From NCBI GenBank assembly GCA_040380105.1, contig JBEIJS010000001.1:1-41197 (forward strand): a stretch of DNA of 41,197 nt, read 5' to 3'. Below are positions 29,985 to 38,957 of the stretch, piece by piece; within the stretch, counting starts at the first letter, position 1; each line of letters starts with the position of its first letter. The notes below the pieces were generated by a model. That model saw only the letters and a program-made list of their open reading frames with translations. It had not been told where the DNA came from and searched no databases. Made by a program: the position numbers and the translations under genes. The stretch comes from Caulobacteraceae bacterium (GTDB lineage: Bacteria > Pseudomonadota > Alphaproteobacteria > Caulobacterales > Caulobacteraceae).

Positions 29985-30737
29985 ATGACCGACGCCACCC
30001 CCATCACCTTCACCGACAATCCGATGAACCCGCTGGAGGAGCTGCTCTATACCGGCCTGGCCGACCCGACGCAGATGGGCGCCTTCGAGCGGATCATGCT
30101 CGAGGCCGACCTCTATGCCGTGCCCGAGCCCGACAGCCCCGGCGGCACCCCCGGCGATGACGGCGCAAAAGTCCTGCGCCCCGGCGAGCAGCTGATCCTG
30201 CGCGGCGTCGTCCTCAACGACGGCCGCAACACCGTGACCCTGTTCACCGACCCGGCCCGCGCCGTCCGGATGTTCGGCGAGGACACCCGGATTCTGGCCA
30301 TGCAGGGCCGCAAACTGCTGGAGATGCTCCAGGACACGGTGATCCTGCTCAACCCCGCCGACGGCAAGGGGCTGATGATGGAGCCCGACCAGATCAAGGC
30401 GGTGCTCGGCCATGCGCCGGTCCGCCCGCTGGTCCGCCCCTCGGGCCGGGTCGAACTGCATGCGGTCGAGCCCGAGAACGAGCCGGTCGTCATGACCGAG
30501 GCCCTGCGCGATGCCTTCCAGCCCCCCCTGGTCGAGGCCATCTGGGTCGCCCGCGCCGTCTGGCCCGACATCGGCCAGATCGGCTGGTTCGCCGACGTCC
30601 GCAGCCATGGCCCCGCCGACGAGATCACCGCCCTCGTCCAACGCGCCGTCCGCGGGCTGAAATTCGGCACCGAGACGCTGGACATCTCGGTCACCAGGCC
30701 GGGCGGCAAGGACGGGGTCGGGGTGAAGGTGGTTTGA
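29985..30737 (+). CDS. SseB family protein
   Basis: NPLEELL N-terminus, VTLFTD, ILLNP, plus an SseB_C-like C-terminal half. Confidence 0.7.
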   Translation: MTDATPITFTDNPMNPLEELLYTGLADPTQMGAFERIMLEADLYAVPEPDSPGGTPGDDGAKVLRPGEQLILRGVVLNDGRNTVTLFTDPARAVRMFGEDTRILAMQGRKLLEMLQDTVILLNPADGKGLMMEPDQIKAVLGHAPVRPLVRPSGRVELHAVEPENEPVVMTEALRDAFQPPLVEAIWVARAVWPDIGQIGWFADVRSHGPADEITALVQRAVRGLKFGTETLDISVTRPGGKDGVGVKVV

Positions 30738-30758
30738 GGGGCTGGCCCTTCAGCATTT

Positions 30759-32513
30759 TCAGAGCGACTTTTGGTTAGGCCATCGGCCAATGGCCCAGTC
30801 ACTTAGCGCCGATGCACGATCAGCGACCGCCGCAGGGTCCCACTCTGGCCAAGACTGACCGACGTCCCGAGTCGTGGCGAAGATCGAGTTTTTGTAGGCT
30901 TTCTTTTTGCTCGAATAGTCTTGCTGTCCGACCGCAGGATTCATGCTTCGTGTAATCGGAATAAGATTCGCCCAAGTGTTCACAACGGTCTTGTAGGCTT
31001 CGCCAAAAATATCAATCCAATGCTCATTTGGGGTTTGAGGCAGAATGTGCTCAACCTCGAAATCGTCGGCTGGAGATTCACCTTTCGCAGACCTCTCATA
31101 TTCGAGAAGCGCGAATTTTTTGACGTTGCGGTCGTAGAGGTTGCCGGATCGGATGTTGGCTGCGAACTCCACATCGTCCGGCCAAGGAACCGTCGTTCGA
31201 GAGCTAATCGCCAAGCTGATGGTCTGCTTGGTGGGGAAGCCGCTGGCGGACGCTTCTTTCCAGAGTCCCTTGAATACCGCGTGAAGTCCGGTCGGCTCGT
31301 AGCCGCAAATGGCACGCCGAAACAAAAATCCCTCGACCAGTTCAAGGGCGTCGCAAGTCTGGTCCTCGTCTCCTTCGCCCCGACGCATCGCGTCGAAAAG
31401 GTTGAATACGAAGGGGTAAATTGATGAAGGTGCCCCCATTTCGTGTAGCCGGTTCATCTGTTGCTTCAATCGCTTCCCCCACGTCGGATCCAGGGTCCCC
31501 ACTTCTAGAGCGGCGAACTCTGGGAAAAACCGCGCGAGGTCCGAGATCACTGCCTGCGGGTTAGCGAACCCATCCCATCGCTTACGGAGGGTCGAGAATA
31601 GCTCTGCCTTCGTGATCTGACTGTTGATCACCAAGCCATACGGAAACAGATAGCGTTCTAAATCGATCTGGTTGTCGTGGAATTTCGCCTCAAAGGGTTG
31701 CCAATCGTTTGAGAATATAGCTTGGGCCATTCCCGGATCATTAGCAACGCGAGATAATATCTCGTTCCGAACAAGATCGCCGGTCGTTATTTTCTCGCCT
31801 CTAGCGTTCAGTCGCTCAAATATCTTGGGTGCCGCTGTGGGGTCGCGCAGAGAGATTTGCACAAAGCGGAGGGTCGAAACCAAGATTTCTAGAATTCGCT
31901 CTAGCCCTTCCTGGCCTTTTTCTTTGTTGACGTCATTGAGCCGCCGGAGAATCCGCTCGAACTGTTTCGTCAGGTTTCCGGTTGGTAGTCCTGCCGGCGC
32001 AGGAGGAGAGGGAGCGTTCCCCCCAAATGCTGTGGGACTTGAGAGCGCCGGCAGAGCACGGAGCTTGTCCCACAGAGACTTGAATTGCTGACGGTCTGCC
32101 GCAGCAGGCACTAGCTTTGTGTTGTAAGGATTATCGCTAAAGGGCCTTAGCAACAGGTATTTCGTTACGACCTCTGAGGCCCATGTCTCATTTCCGTTTC
32201 TAGCTGAAACGTATGCAAGTCCCAGTATGATTATGTAACAGGTCGACAGACGCTGCTGGCCATCCACAACGTCAAAAACATCCGGTCGTCCAATTCGGCC
32301 AGTTTGAGAAACGAGTACAAGCACGCCTAGAAACTGCGACTTGCTCTTTCCTTCGATTATGTCGTCAACGTCCGCCCATAGCTCATTCAGGCTAGGAGCG
32401 GACCAACGGTAGGCGCGCTGAAACAGCGGGATGTTGATGACGTTGTCGCCAGAAACAATGTCCGAAAATGATATTTATTGCTGTTGGTCTGTGACCTTCA
32501 GTCCGCTGTCCAT
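30759..32513 (-). pseudogene. GmrSD-like (DUF262 + DUF1524/HNH) modification-dependent restriction protein with an in-frame TAA at codon 13
   Basis: GGGGA RBS and ATG 32513: MDSGLKVTDQQQ*ISFSDIV...IPLFQRAYRW..., continuing in frame into ORF 30759..32324 with DGQQR, FERLNARG, VEHILPQ, NLIPITRSMN. AT-richer than flanks. Confidence 0.85.
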
Positions 32514-32726
32514 TCTAGTCCCCAACCAGTGCAGGCTGACACTGCCAGGGGCGTTAGTCGGGGGCAAGTCACCGAGTGCGAAGTTCGTTCGCGCAAAATA
32601 CAACCTATCCTGGCATTCGGTTAGTGGTTATAGCGAGGCCTCGACCGGCACCGCGGATTGGCTGTGGGCTTTGGACGGGGGAGTTAAAGCAATGTTTGGA
32701 GGGACTCGGAGACGGAACCCTTCAAC

Positions 32727-33335
32727 ATGAGGGTTCTCGTCGCCTGCGAATACAGCGGCACCGTCCGCAACGCCTTCCTCGAACTCGGCCACGATGCGTG
32801 GTCGTGCGATCTCCTGCCCAGCGAGGACGGGTCCAACCGCCACATCATCGGCGACGCGCGCGATCTCCTGAACGACGGCTGGGACCTGCTGATGGTCGCC
32901 CACCCACCTTGCACGCGCCTGTGCAACTCGGGCGTCCGCTGGCTGACCGTGCCGCCGCCGGGCAAGACGCGGGAGCAGATGTGGGCCGAGTTGGACGAAG
33001 GGGCGGCCCTGTTCTCCGACTTCTGGAACGCGCCCATCGAACGGATCGCCATCGAGAACCCCGTGATGCACAAACACGCCAAGGCCCGCATCGTGAATTT
33101 CGAGGACTTCGCCCAGAGCATCCAGCCTTGGCAGTTCGGCCACGGCGAAACCAAGCGGACCTGTCTCTGGCTCAAGAACCTGCCGCCCCTCGTGCCGACA
33201 GAGGTTGTCAGCGGCCGCGATCCCCGGGTGCACCACATGCCGCCCTCGCCGGATCGCTGGAAGGAGCGGTCGCGCTTCTTCCCCGGTATCGCCAAGGCGA
33301 TGGCGCACCAGTGGTCGGCGGTTGTGGCGGCTTAG
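32727..33335 (+). CDS. Compact C5 DNA-cytosine-methyltransferase-like protein
   Basis: VLVACEYSG (motif I-like), AHPPCT (catalytic PC), IENP (ENV-like), QFGH..TKRTCLW; only 202 aa. Confidence 0.75.
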   Translation: MRVLVACEYSGTVRNAFLELGHDAWSCDLLPSEDGSNRHIIGDARDLLNDGWDLLMVAHPPCTRLCNSGVRWLTVPPPGKTREQMWAELDEGAALFSDFWNAPIERIAIENPVMHKHAKARIVNFEDFAQSIQPWQFGHGETKRTCLWLKNLPPLVPTEVVSGRDPRVHHMPPSPDRWKERSRFFPGIAKAMAHQWSAVVAA

Positions 33336-33360
33336 GCAGCCGGCGTCGCCTCCTTGTCTC

Positions 33361-33493
33361 CTCCCTGTTGCGAAGCAATGGGGAGGGGGACCACGCGAAG
33401 CGTGGTGGAGGGGCGCCGGCCGCACGGTCCTTCTAACCCCTCCACCATCCTTCGGATGGTCCCCCTCCCCATTCGCTGCGCGAACTGGGAGGA
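33361..33493. repeat. CIR/REP-like palindromic element
   Basis: GGGGAGGGGGACCA...TGGTGGAGGGG arm complementary to CCCCTCCACCA...TGGTCCCCCTCCCC. Confidence 0.85.
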
Positions 33494-33631
33494 GACGGCC
33501 CGCACGACGCTCCGCTCACAATCCGCGAACCCATAGTCGGGTTCACCCGAAAATCCCCCGCCCTTCCAACGCCCTGCAACTTTCTCAAACTGTTTCATTA
33601 GTCGCCCTCGGGCCGCCCCCATAATTCGCTC

Positions 33632-33995
33632 AACCCGTCGGTGGGGAGGGCGTCGGATCCAACGCCTCGATGTCGGCGGGCTGTGGTCGAGCGAAGAAGC
33701 CCGGGGGAAGGATACTCCGGGGGACCTTGCGGGGGTCGATGGATGGCACCCGCCTGCTCGTCGCGCGCCTTCTGTGCGGACCGCTGACGCTGGTCGTCAT
33801 GTCCGCTGCGCTGCGTCGTCCGCAAGGGCGACGGGGTGATCCGGTAAGGCCCGAAGCAAGGGCCGCCAGCCGGAGGGCGCGTGGAAAACGGCCGCGCGGG
33901 GCAGGTCTGCTTCGTCGAAACGGTATGTGAAACTTGCACCGGGCGAAGCCCGGCCGCCCCGCGCCCTCCCCACCCGCCTGGAAACAGGCGGTGCA
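33632..33995 (+). ncRNA. Candidate large structured non-coding RNA, family not recognised
   Basis: CATAAT -10-like hexamer at 33620-33625; perfect 13-bp closing stem 33640-33652/33962-33974; nested helices with G-U pairs; GCAA and GAAA tetraloop hairpins; no credible CDS. Confidence 0.6.
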
Positions 33996-34014
33996 GAGTC
34001 ATGCCCCAAACCTT

Positions 34015-34199
34015 CTCCCTCCCCTTCCGGGGAGGGTGGCTGAGCCGAAGGCGAAGACGGGTGGGGAACCCCCGCACGGTTCCTGGTTGCCCCCTCGCAC
34101 GGTCGCGGGGTGGGAACGCCAGTCCTGCACCGTCCGTGCCCGGCTTCGCACTGCCCCACCCGGTCGCTGCGCGACCACCCTCCCCATGAAGGGGAGGGA
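34015..34199. repeat. CIR/REP-like palindromic element
   Basis: CTCCCC-ttcc-GGGGAGGGTGG...GGGTGGGG arm versus CCCCACCC...CCACCCTCCCC-atgaa-GGGGAGGG. Confidence 0.85.
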
Positions 34200-34214
34200 G
34201 AAACGAAAGCGCCC

Positions 34215-34829
34215 ATGAGAGATCGTCCTTCGCCACGCCGCCCCGCCCCCGAACCACCGGCGCCCCCCGACCGGATCGACCTCTTCGCCCCGGCCCCCGT
34301 CGACGAGCCCGACGCCACCGATCCCGCCGCCCTCGCGCGGGCGGCGACGCTCGCCTCGGGGCGGGCGATGAAGGGGCGGCTGTGGACCGAGGCCAGGGCG
34401 CTGGCCGGGCTGGCCGAGAGCTATGCGCGGCTGGGCGAGCGGGCGCGGGGCGGGGGGCAGACGATCGAGACCATGGACCTGGCCCTGATCTTCGAGGTGC
34501 TGGCCGACGACCACGGCGTGGCGGCGCGGCGGCTGGCGCTGAACCCCGACCGGGTCGACGATCCGGACCGGGCCATCAAGGAAGAGTACCAGCGGCGGCT
34601 GGCCGAGGTGCGGCAGACCCGGACCCACCACCACATGGCCATGGTCCGGCGCATCCATGCGGCGGAACGTCAGATCCGGGATCTGGGGGGGGAGATCACG
34701 GTCTCGCAATCCGGCTTCGACGCCATGGCCGAGGCGCGGGACTGGCTGCTGGCGGCGACGGATGAGCTGGAGGACGTGACCGTCACCCCCAGCCCGCCGC
34801 CGGGCGATCCGTGGAAGGTCGGGATGTGA
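34215..34829 (+). CDS. Hypothetical helical protein, possibly 5'-truncated by the repeat
   Basis: Host-like GC3 codon bias from ATG 34215; the upstream part of ORF 34110 lies inside the repeat. Confidence 0.65.
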   Translation: MRDRPSPRRPAPEPPAPPDRIDLFAPAPVDEPDATDPAALARAATLASGRAMKGRLWTEARALAGLAESYARLGERARGGGQTIETMDLALIFEVLADDHGVAARRLALNPDRVDDPDRAIKEEYQRRLAEVRQTRTHHHMAMVRRIHAAERQIRDLGGEITVSQSGFDAMAEARDWLLAATDELEDVTVTPSPPPGDPWKVGM

Positions 34830-34855
34830 TCCTCCGCAAGTCCATCCCCCCGCTA

Positions 34856-35019
34856 TCGTCATCCTGCGGCAAGCCGCGCCTTCGCGGCGCAGACCGGAGG
34901 ACCCGGCGGCGCCGAAGGCGATCTGTTCAGGCAGGGTGTCCGCGACAGTGTCGCGCTCTCGCGCGCTGCTGGGTTCCGGGTCTCCGATCCGCTGCGCGTC
35001 TCTCCGCCCGGAATGACGA
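34856..35019. repeat. CGTCAT...ATGACG palindromic intergenic element
   Basis: TCGTCATCCTG/CGGAATGACGA termini with subterminal hairpins; related to 16548-16778. Confidence 0.75.
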
Positions 35020-35054
35020 AAGCCGGGCGTGATGGTGCGACGCGCGGCCCAACA

Positions 35055-35497
35055 TCATCTTTTCCTGAACCGCGTCGCCTCCGCCTTCAGATTCGAGCCC
35101 CAGTCCGTCACCGGCCGGTCGGGCTCGGCATGGAAGGGCAGTTCGCCGGCGACGCCGCGCATCGCCAGCGCCAGCGGCAGGGCCCAGTGCGCCAGCATGC
35201 GCAGGGGCTTGCGGCGCGTATCCAGCACGTCCCAGCCCTCGGCGGCAAAGGCCTCGGCCATGTCGGCGGGGGCGAGGCCTTCGATACCGTCCCAGTCGGC
35301 CGGGCGGGCGACGGCGGCGGCCTCCTCCGGGGTCAGGCCGAAGGCGGCGCGGGCGGTCTCGTCGATGGCCTCTGCGATCTCGGGGAAGTCATACAGCTCG
35401 TCCGGATCGGCGGCGCGCGGCTTCATCAGCGCCTTCAGCTCAAGGGCGTCGATCCCGGGCAGGTCGATCAGGCGGCGCAGGGTGGGGTATCGGTCAT
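35055..35497 (-). CDS. Hypothetical protein; likely ATG is one base out of frame at a homopolymer
   Basis: Coding-like frame ...TLRRLIDLPGIDALELKALMKPR...; ATG 35497 joins it (MTDTPTLRR) only if the G4 run at 35484-35487 is G5. Confidence 0.65.
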
Positions 35498-35500
35498 GGC

Positions 35501-36625
35501 TCAGAACCTTACCACAGTCCGCACCGCCCGGCCGTCGGCCAGGGCGTCGAAGGCGGCATTGATGTCGGCCAGGGCGATGGTGCCGCTCAGCAGCCGGTCG
35601 ACCGGCAGCCGCCCCTGCCGGAACAGGGCGACGTAGCGGGGGATGTCGCGGGCGGGAACACAGGTGCCGATGTACGAGCCCTTCAGGGTCCGCTCCTCGG
35701 CCACCAGCTGGACGATATTGACCGCCAGCGCCGCCTCGGGCGGGGGCAGGCCCGCCGTGACCGTGGTGCCGCCGCGCCGGGTCATCCGCCATGCGGCTTC
35801 GAGGGCGGCGGCCGAGCCGGCCATTTCGAACACGAAATCGGCCCCGCCACCCGTCAGGCTGCGCACCTGTTCGACGGCATCGGGATCGGCGGCCTGGACG
35901 GTCTGGACCGGGCCGAGGCTGCGGGCCAGCGCCAGCTTGTCCTCGCTCAGGTCCACGGCGATCACCGGACTGGCCCCCGCCGCCAGGGCTCCCAGAACCG
36001 AGGACAGGCCGACACCGCCGAGGCCGATGACGGCGACCGACTGGCCCGCCCGGACCTGCGCCGTATTCACCACTGCCCCGACTCCGGTCAGGACGGCACA
36101 GCCGAACAGGGCGGCATGCTCGAACGGCAGGTCGCGATCGACCTTCACCAGCGACCGCCGTGAGACCACCGCATGGGCCGCAAAGGCCGAGCAGCCGAGA
36201 TGATGATGGAGCGCGCCCGCCGCATCATGGATGCGCCGCCCGCCGGCCAGCAGCTCGCCCTTGCCATTGGCCGCGGCACCCGGCTCGCACAGGGCCGGCC
36301 GCCCTCCGGCGCAGGGCTCGCAGTGGCCGCAGGAGGGCATGAAGACCATGACGACATGGTCGCCGACGGCGAGATCGGTCACCCCGGCCCCCAGCGCCTC
36401 GACCACCCCCGCCGCCTCATGGCCCAGCGCCATCGGCAGGGGCCGGGGCCGGTCGCCGTTGATGACGCTGAGATCGGAATGGCACAGGCCCGCGGCCTTG
36501 ATGGCGACCAGCACCTCGTCCCGCCCCGGCGGATCCAGCGTCACCGTCTCCAGCGACAGCGGCCGGCTCCCGGCATAGGGGCGGGCGGCGCCCGTGGCTC
36601 TCAGAACGGCGGCGGTGGTCTGCAT
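35501..36625 (-). CDS. Zn-dependent alcohol dehydrogenase (class III-like)
   Basis: GLCHSD, GHE, CGHCEPC, ALFGCAVLTGVG, GLGGVG; ATG 36625. Confidence 0.92.
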   Translation of the reverse strand: MQTTAAVLRATGAARPYAGSRPLSLETVTLDPPGRDEVLVAIKAAGLCHSDLSVINGDRPRPLPMALGHEAAGVVEALGAGVTDLAVGDHVVMVFMPSCGHCEPCAGGRPALCEPGAAANGKGELLAGGRRIHDAAGALHHHLGCSAFAAHAVVSRRSLVKVDRDLPFEHAALFGCAVLTGVGAVVNTAQVRAGQSVAVIGLGGVGLSSVLGALAAGASPVIAVDLSEDKLALARSLGPVQTVQAADPDAVEQVRSLTGGGADFVFEMAGSAAALEAAWRMTRRGGTTVTAGLPPPEAALAVNIVQLVAEERTLKGSYIGTCVPARDIPRYVALFRQGRLPVDRLLSGTIALADINAAFDALADGRAVRTVVRF

Positions 36626-36696
36626 GAAGCGCAGGCTAGGCGCTTGACGCCGCGTCCGCCAAGCCCAAGGCTGGGAACTCAATCAGGCGCGTCAAT

Positions 36697-36739
36697 CGCG
36701 CTCAGGCAGCGAGGCGCCGCGCGCCGAGCGATAGCGCAC
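36697..36739 (+). repeat. 43-bp structured 5'-UTR repeat, copy 1
   Basis: 38/43 identical to 37491-37533; ends 11 nt before ATG 36751. Confidence 0.85.
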
Positions 36740-36750
36740 CAGGGGAAGAG

Positions 36751-37188
36751 ATGACCGGCACCATCGAACGGACGAAACGCGGCGACTACCGCCGGTTCCA
36801 GGCCATATCCACGCGCTGGATGGACAATGACGTCTACGGCCATGTGAACAATGTCGTCTATTATTCCTGGTTCGACACGGCGGTGAACCGGCTGCTGGTC
36901 GTCAACGGCCTGATCGACATCAATGCGGGCAAGACCATCGGCCTGGTGGTTGAAACCGGCTGCCGCTATTTCTCCCCGACCGCCTTTCCGGACGAGATCG
37001 AGGCCGGGGTGCGCGTCGCCCACGTCGGCACCAGTTCCGTCCGCTACGAGATCGGCCTGTTCCGCAACAATGAGCAGGAGGCTGCCGCCGTCGGCTATTT
37101 CGTCCACGTCTATGTCGACCGCGACTCCAAACGCCCGGTGCCCGTGGACGAGAAGATGCGGGGCTTTCTGGAGAGCCTGAAAGCCTAG
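36751..37188 (+). CDS. Acyl-CoA thioesterase (4HBT hotdog fold)
   Basis: RWMDNDVYGHVNNVVYYSWFD, FVHVYVDR. Confidence 0.92.
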   Translation: MTGTIERTKRGDYRRFQAISTRWMDNDVYGHVNNVVYYSWFDTAVNRLLVVNGLIDINAGKTIGLVVETGCRYFSPTAFPDEIEAGVRVAHVGTSSVRYEIGLFRNNEQEAAAVGYFVHVYVDRDSKRPVPVDEKMRGFLESLKA

Positions 37189-37385
37189 TCGTCCAGCCGC
37201 CCCATCAGCGCCAGCGCGCCCACGGCGGTCAGCACGCCCAGCGCAAAGGCACCGATGATGGCACCGGTGGCGACAGCGGTCGGAACGGTCACGGGGCGGG
37301 TCTCGTACCATTCCACGATGTCGGCCTCGGTCAGGTCATCTTCGGCATAGGCTTCGGCGTGATAGATGGCGTCTTCGGCGATCAT
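37185..37385 (-). CDS. Small hypothetical membrane protein
   Basis: GGAG RBS, ATG 37385, acidic N-half, hydrophobic C-terminal helix. Confidence 0.65.
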   Translation of the reverse strand: MIAEDAIYHAEAYAEDDLTEADIVEWYETRPVTVPTAVATGAIIGAFALGVLTAVGALALMGRLDD

Positions 37386-37490
37386 GGCGGGGCTCCGTCC
37401 TTGGGTTGGAAATCCTGTAGCGCAGCAGAGGTTCCTGAACCGTGACACCGCCGCCGCCATCCGCTAGATGCCCGGCCAGATCATTTCGAC

Positions 37491-37533
37491 CGCGCTCAAG
37501 CAGCGAGCCGCTGCGCGGCGAGCGTTAGCGCAC
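37491..37533 (+). repeat. 43-bp structured 5'-UTR repeat, copy 2
   Basis: Homologous to 36697-36739; ends 17 nt before ATG 37551. Confidence 0.85.
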
Positions 37534-37550
37534 ACCAAGAGACCCCACCC

Positions 37551-38324
37551 ATGGCCGGCCATTCCAAATTCAAGAACATCATGCACCGCAAGGGACGCGC
37601 CGATGCGCAGCGGTCCAAACTGTTCTCGAAACTGTCCCGCGACATCACCGTCGCCGCCAAGCTGGGCATGCCCGATCCGGCCATGAACCCGCGCCTGCGA
37701 CTGGCCGTGAACAACGCCAAGGCCGAGAGCCTGCCCCGCGACGTGATCCAGCGGGCCATCAACAAGGCCTCCGGCGGCGACGTCGATACGATGGAAGAGG
37801 TCCGCTACGAGGGCCGGGGCCCCGGCGGCGTCGGCATCATCGTCGAGGCCCTGACCGACAACCGCAACCGTGCCGCCTCCAACATCGGCGCGGCGTTCAA
37901 GAAGAACGGCGGGGCGCTCAGCGAGATGAACTCGGTCGCCTTCATGTGGAACCGCGTGGGCCGGATCATCTATCCCGCCGAGGCCGGCAGCGAGGATGCC
38001 GTCATGGAGGCCGCCATCGAAGCCGGCGCCCAGGACGTCGAGAGCGATCTGGTCAAGCCCGACATCTATGAGGACGCCCCGGGCCACACCATCTGGACCA
38101 CCTTCGAGGACCTCAACGAGGTCGCCGAGGCCCTGTCGAAAATCCTCGGCGATGCCAAATCCACCGCCCTGGTCTGGCGCCCGCAGACCGAGGTGGCCGT
38201 CACCGGCGAGGCGGTCGGCACCCTGATGAAGCTGCTTGATGCCCTGGACGCCGAGGACGACGTGCAGAATGTCTATTCGAACGAGAACATCTCGGACGAG
38301 GACATGGAGAAATACGCAGGCTGA
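37551..38324 (+). CDS. yebC: YebC/PmpR family protein
   Basis: [34 protein letters not shown]. Confidence 0.96.
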   Translation: MAGHSKFKNIMHRKGRADAQRSKLFSKLSRDITVAAKLGMPDPAMNPRLRLAVNNAKAESLPRDVIQRAINKASGGDVDTMEEVRYEGRGPGGVGIIVEALTDNRNRAASNIGAAFKKNGGALSEMNSVAFMWNRVGRIIYPAEAGSEDAVMEAAIEAGAQDVESDLVKPDIYEDAPGHTIWTTFEDLNEVAEALSKILGDAKSTALVWRPQTEVAVTGEAVGTLMKLLDALDAEDDVQNVYSNENISDEDMEKYAG

Positions 38325-38435
38325 TGATCGGCCTGCAGCCGAAGGCGGCGCGGACCTGCATCGGTCCGCTGCATCTTCGGAACAGTCCTCCCCAGCCGTG
38401 GTCATTGTTCGTCAACCTCGTTTGGGGCATGAATG

Positions 38436-38450
38436 GAACGAATGACGAAC
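38436..38450. promoter_or_regulatory. Alphaproteobacterial LexA (SOS) box
   Basis: Exact GAAC-N7-GAAC (GAAC GAATGAC GAAC) overlapping the ruvC ATG at 38442. Confidence 0.8.
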
Positions 38451-38957
38451 GAAACGACTCGAATCCTGGGGCTGGATCCTGGCCTGCGCCGCACCGGCTG
38501 GGGCGTTGTGGCCTCCGAAGGCGCGCGCCTTCGCTGGATTGCGCATGGCGTCATCGCCCCGCCGGAGACCGCGCCCTTCAGCGAGCGGCTGCTGTTCCTG
38601 CTCGAGGCCGTCAGCGAGGTCTGCGCCGCCCATGACTGCGACGAGGCGGCGATCGAAGAGGTGTTCGTCAATATGAACCCGGTCTCGACCCTGAAGCTGG
38701 GCCATGCCCGGGCGGCGGTCATGCTGGCCCCGGCGCGGCATGGGCTGAGCGTGGCGGAGTATTCGCCCAACCTCATCAAGAAGGCCGTTGTCGGTGCCGG
38801 CCACGCCGACAAGACCCAGATCGCCTTCATGGTGAAGCGGTTGCTCCCCGCAGCCGGGGATGTGAAGGCCGACGCAGCGGACGCTCTTGCCGTGGCGATC
38901 ACCCATGCGCAGATGCGCAAGCGGGCACTGCTGACGACGCTGCGGGGCGCGGCATGA
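38442..38957 (+). CDS. ruvC: Holliday junction resolvase
   Basis: [28 protein letters not shown]. Confidence 0.97.
   Translation: MTNETTRILGLDPGLRRTGWGVVASEGARLRWIAHGVIAPPETAPFSERLLFLLEAVSEVCAAHDCDEAAIEEVFVNMNPVSTLKLGHARAAVMLAPARHGLSVAEYSPNLIKKAVVGAGHADKTQIAFMVKRLLPAAGDVKADAADALAVAITHAQMRKRALLTTLRGAA

Noticed and set aside
32475-32477. Programmed recoding (selenocysteine/pyrrolysine) of the GmrSD internal stop
   Set aside because: The codon is TAA, not TGA or TAG, and no insertion element is evident.
33632-33995. RNase P, tmRNA, SRP, 6S, group II intron, retron or hammerhead identity for the structured region
   Set aside because: No GAGGAAAGUCC, no tRNA-like ends, no SRP GGAAG-AGCAG loop, no convincing domain V, no CUGANGA core, and no reverse transcriptase nearby. 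Judged by eye only.
30740-35020. Prophage, integron or IS-bounded island
   Set aside because: No integrase, transposase, phage structural gene, tRNA target or flanking direct repeat found.
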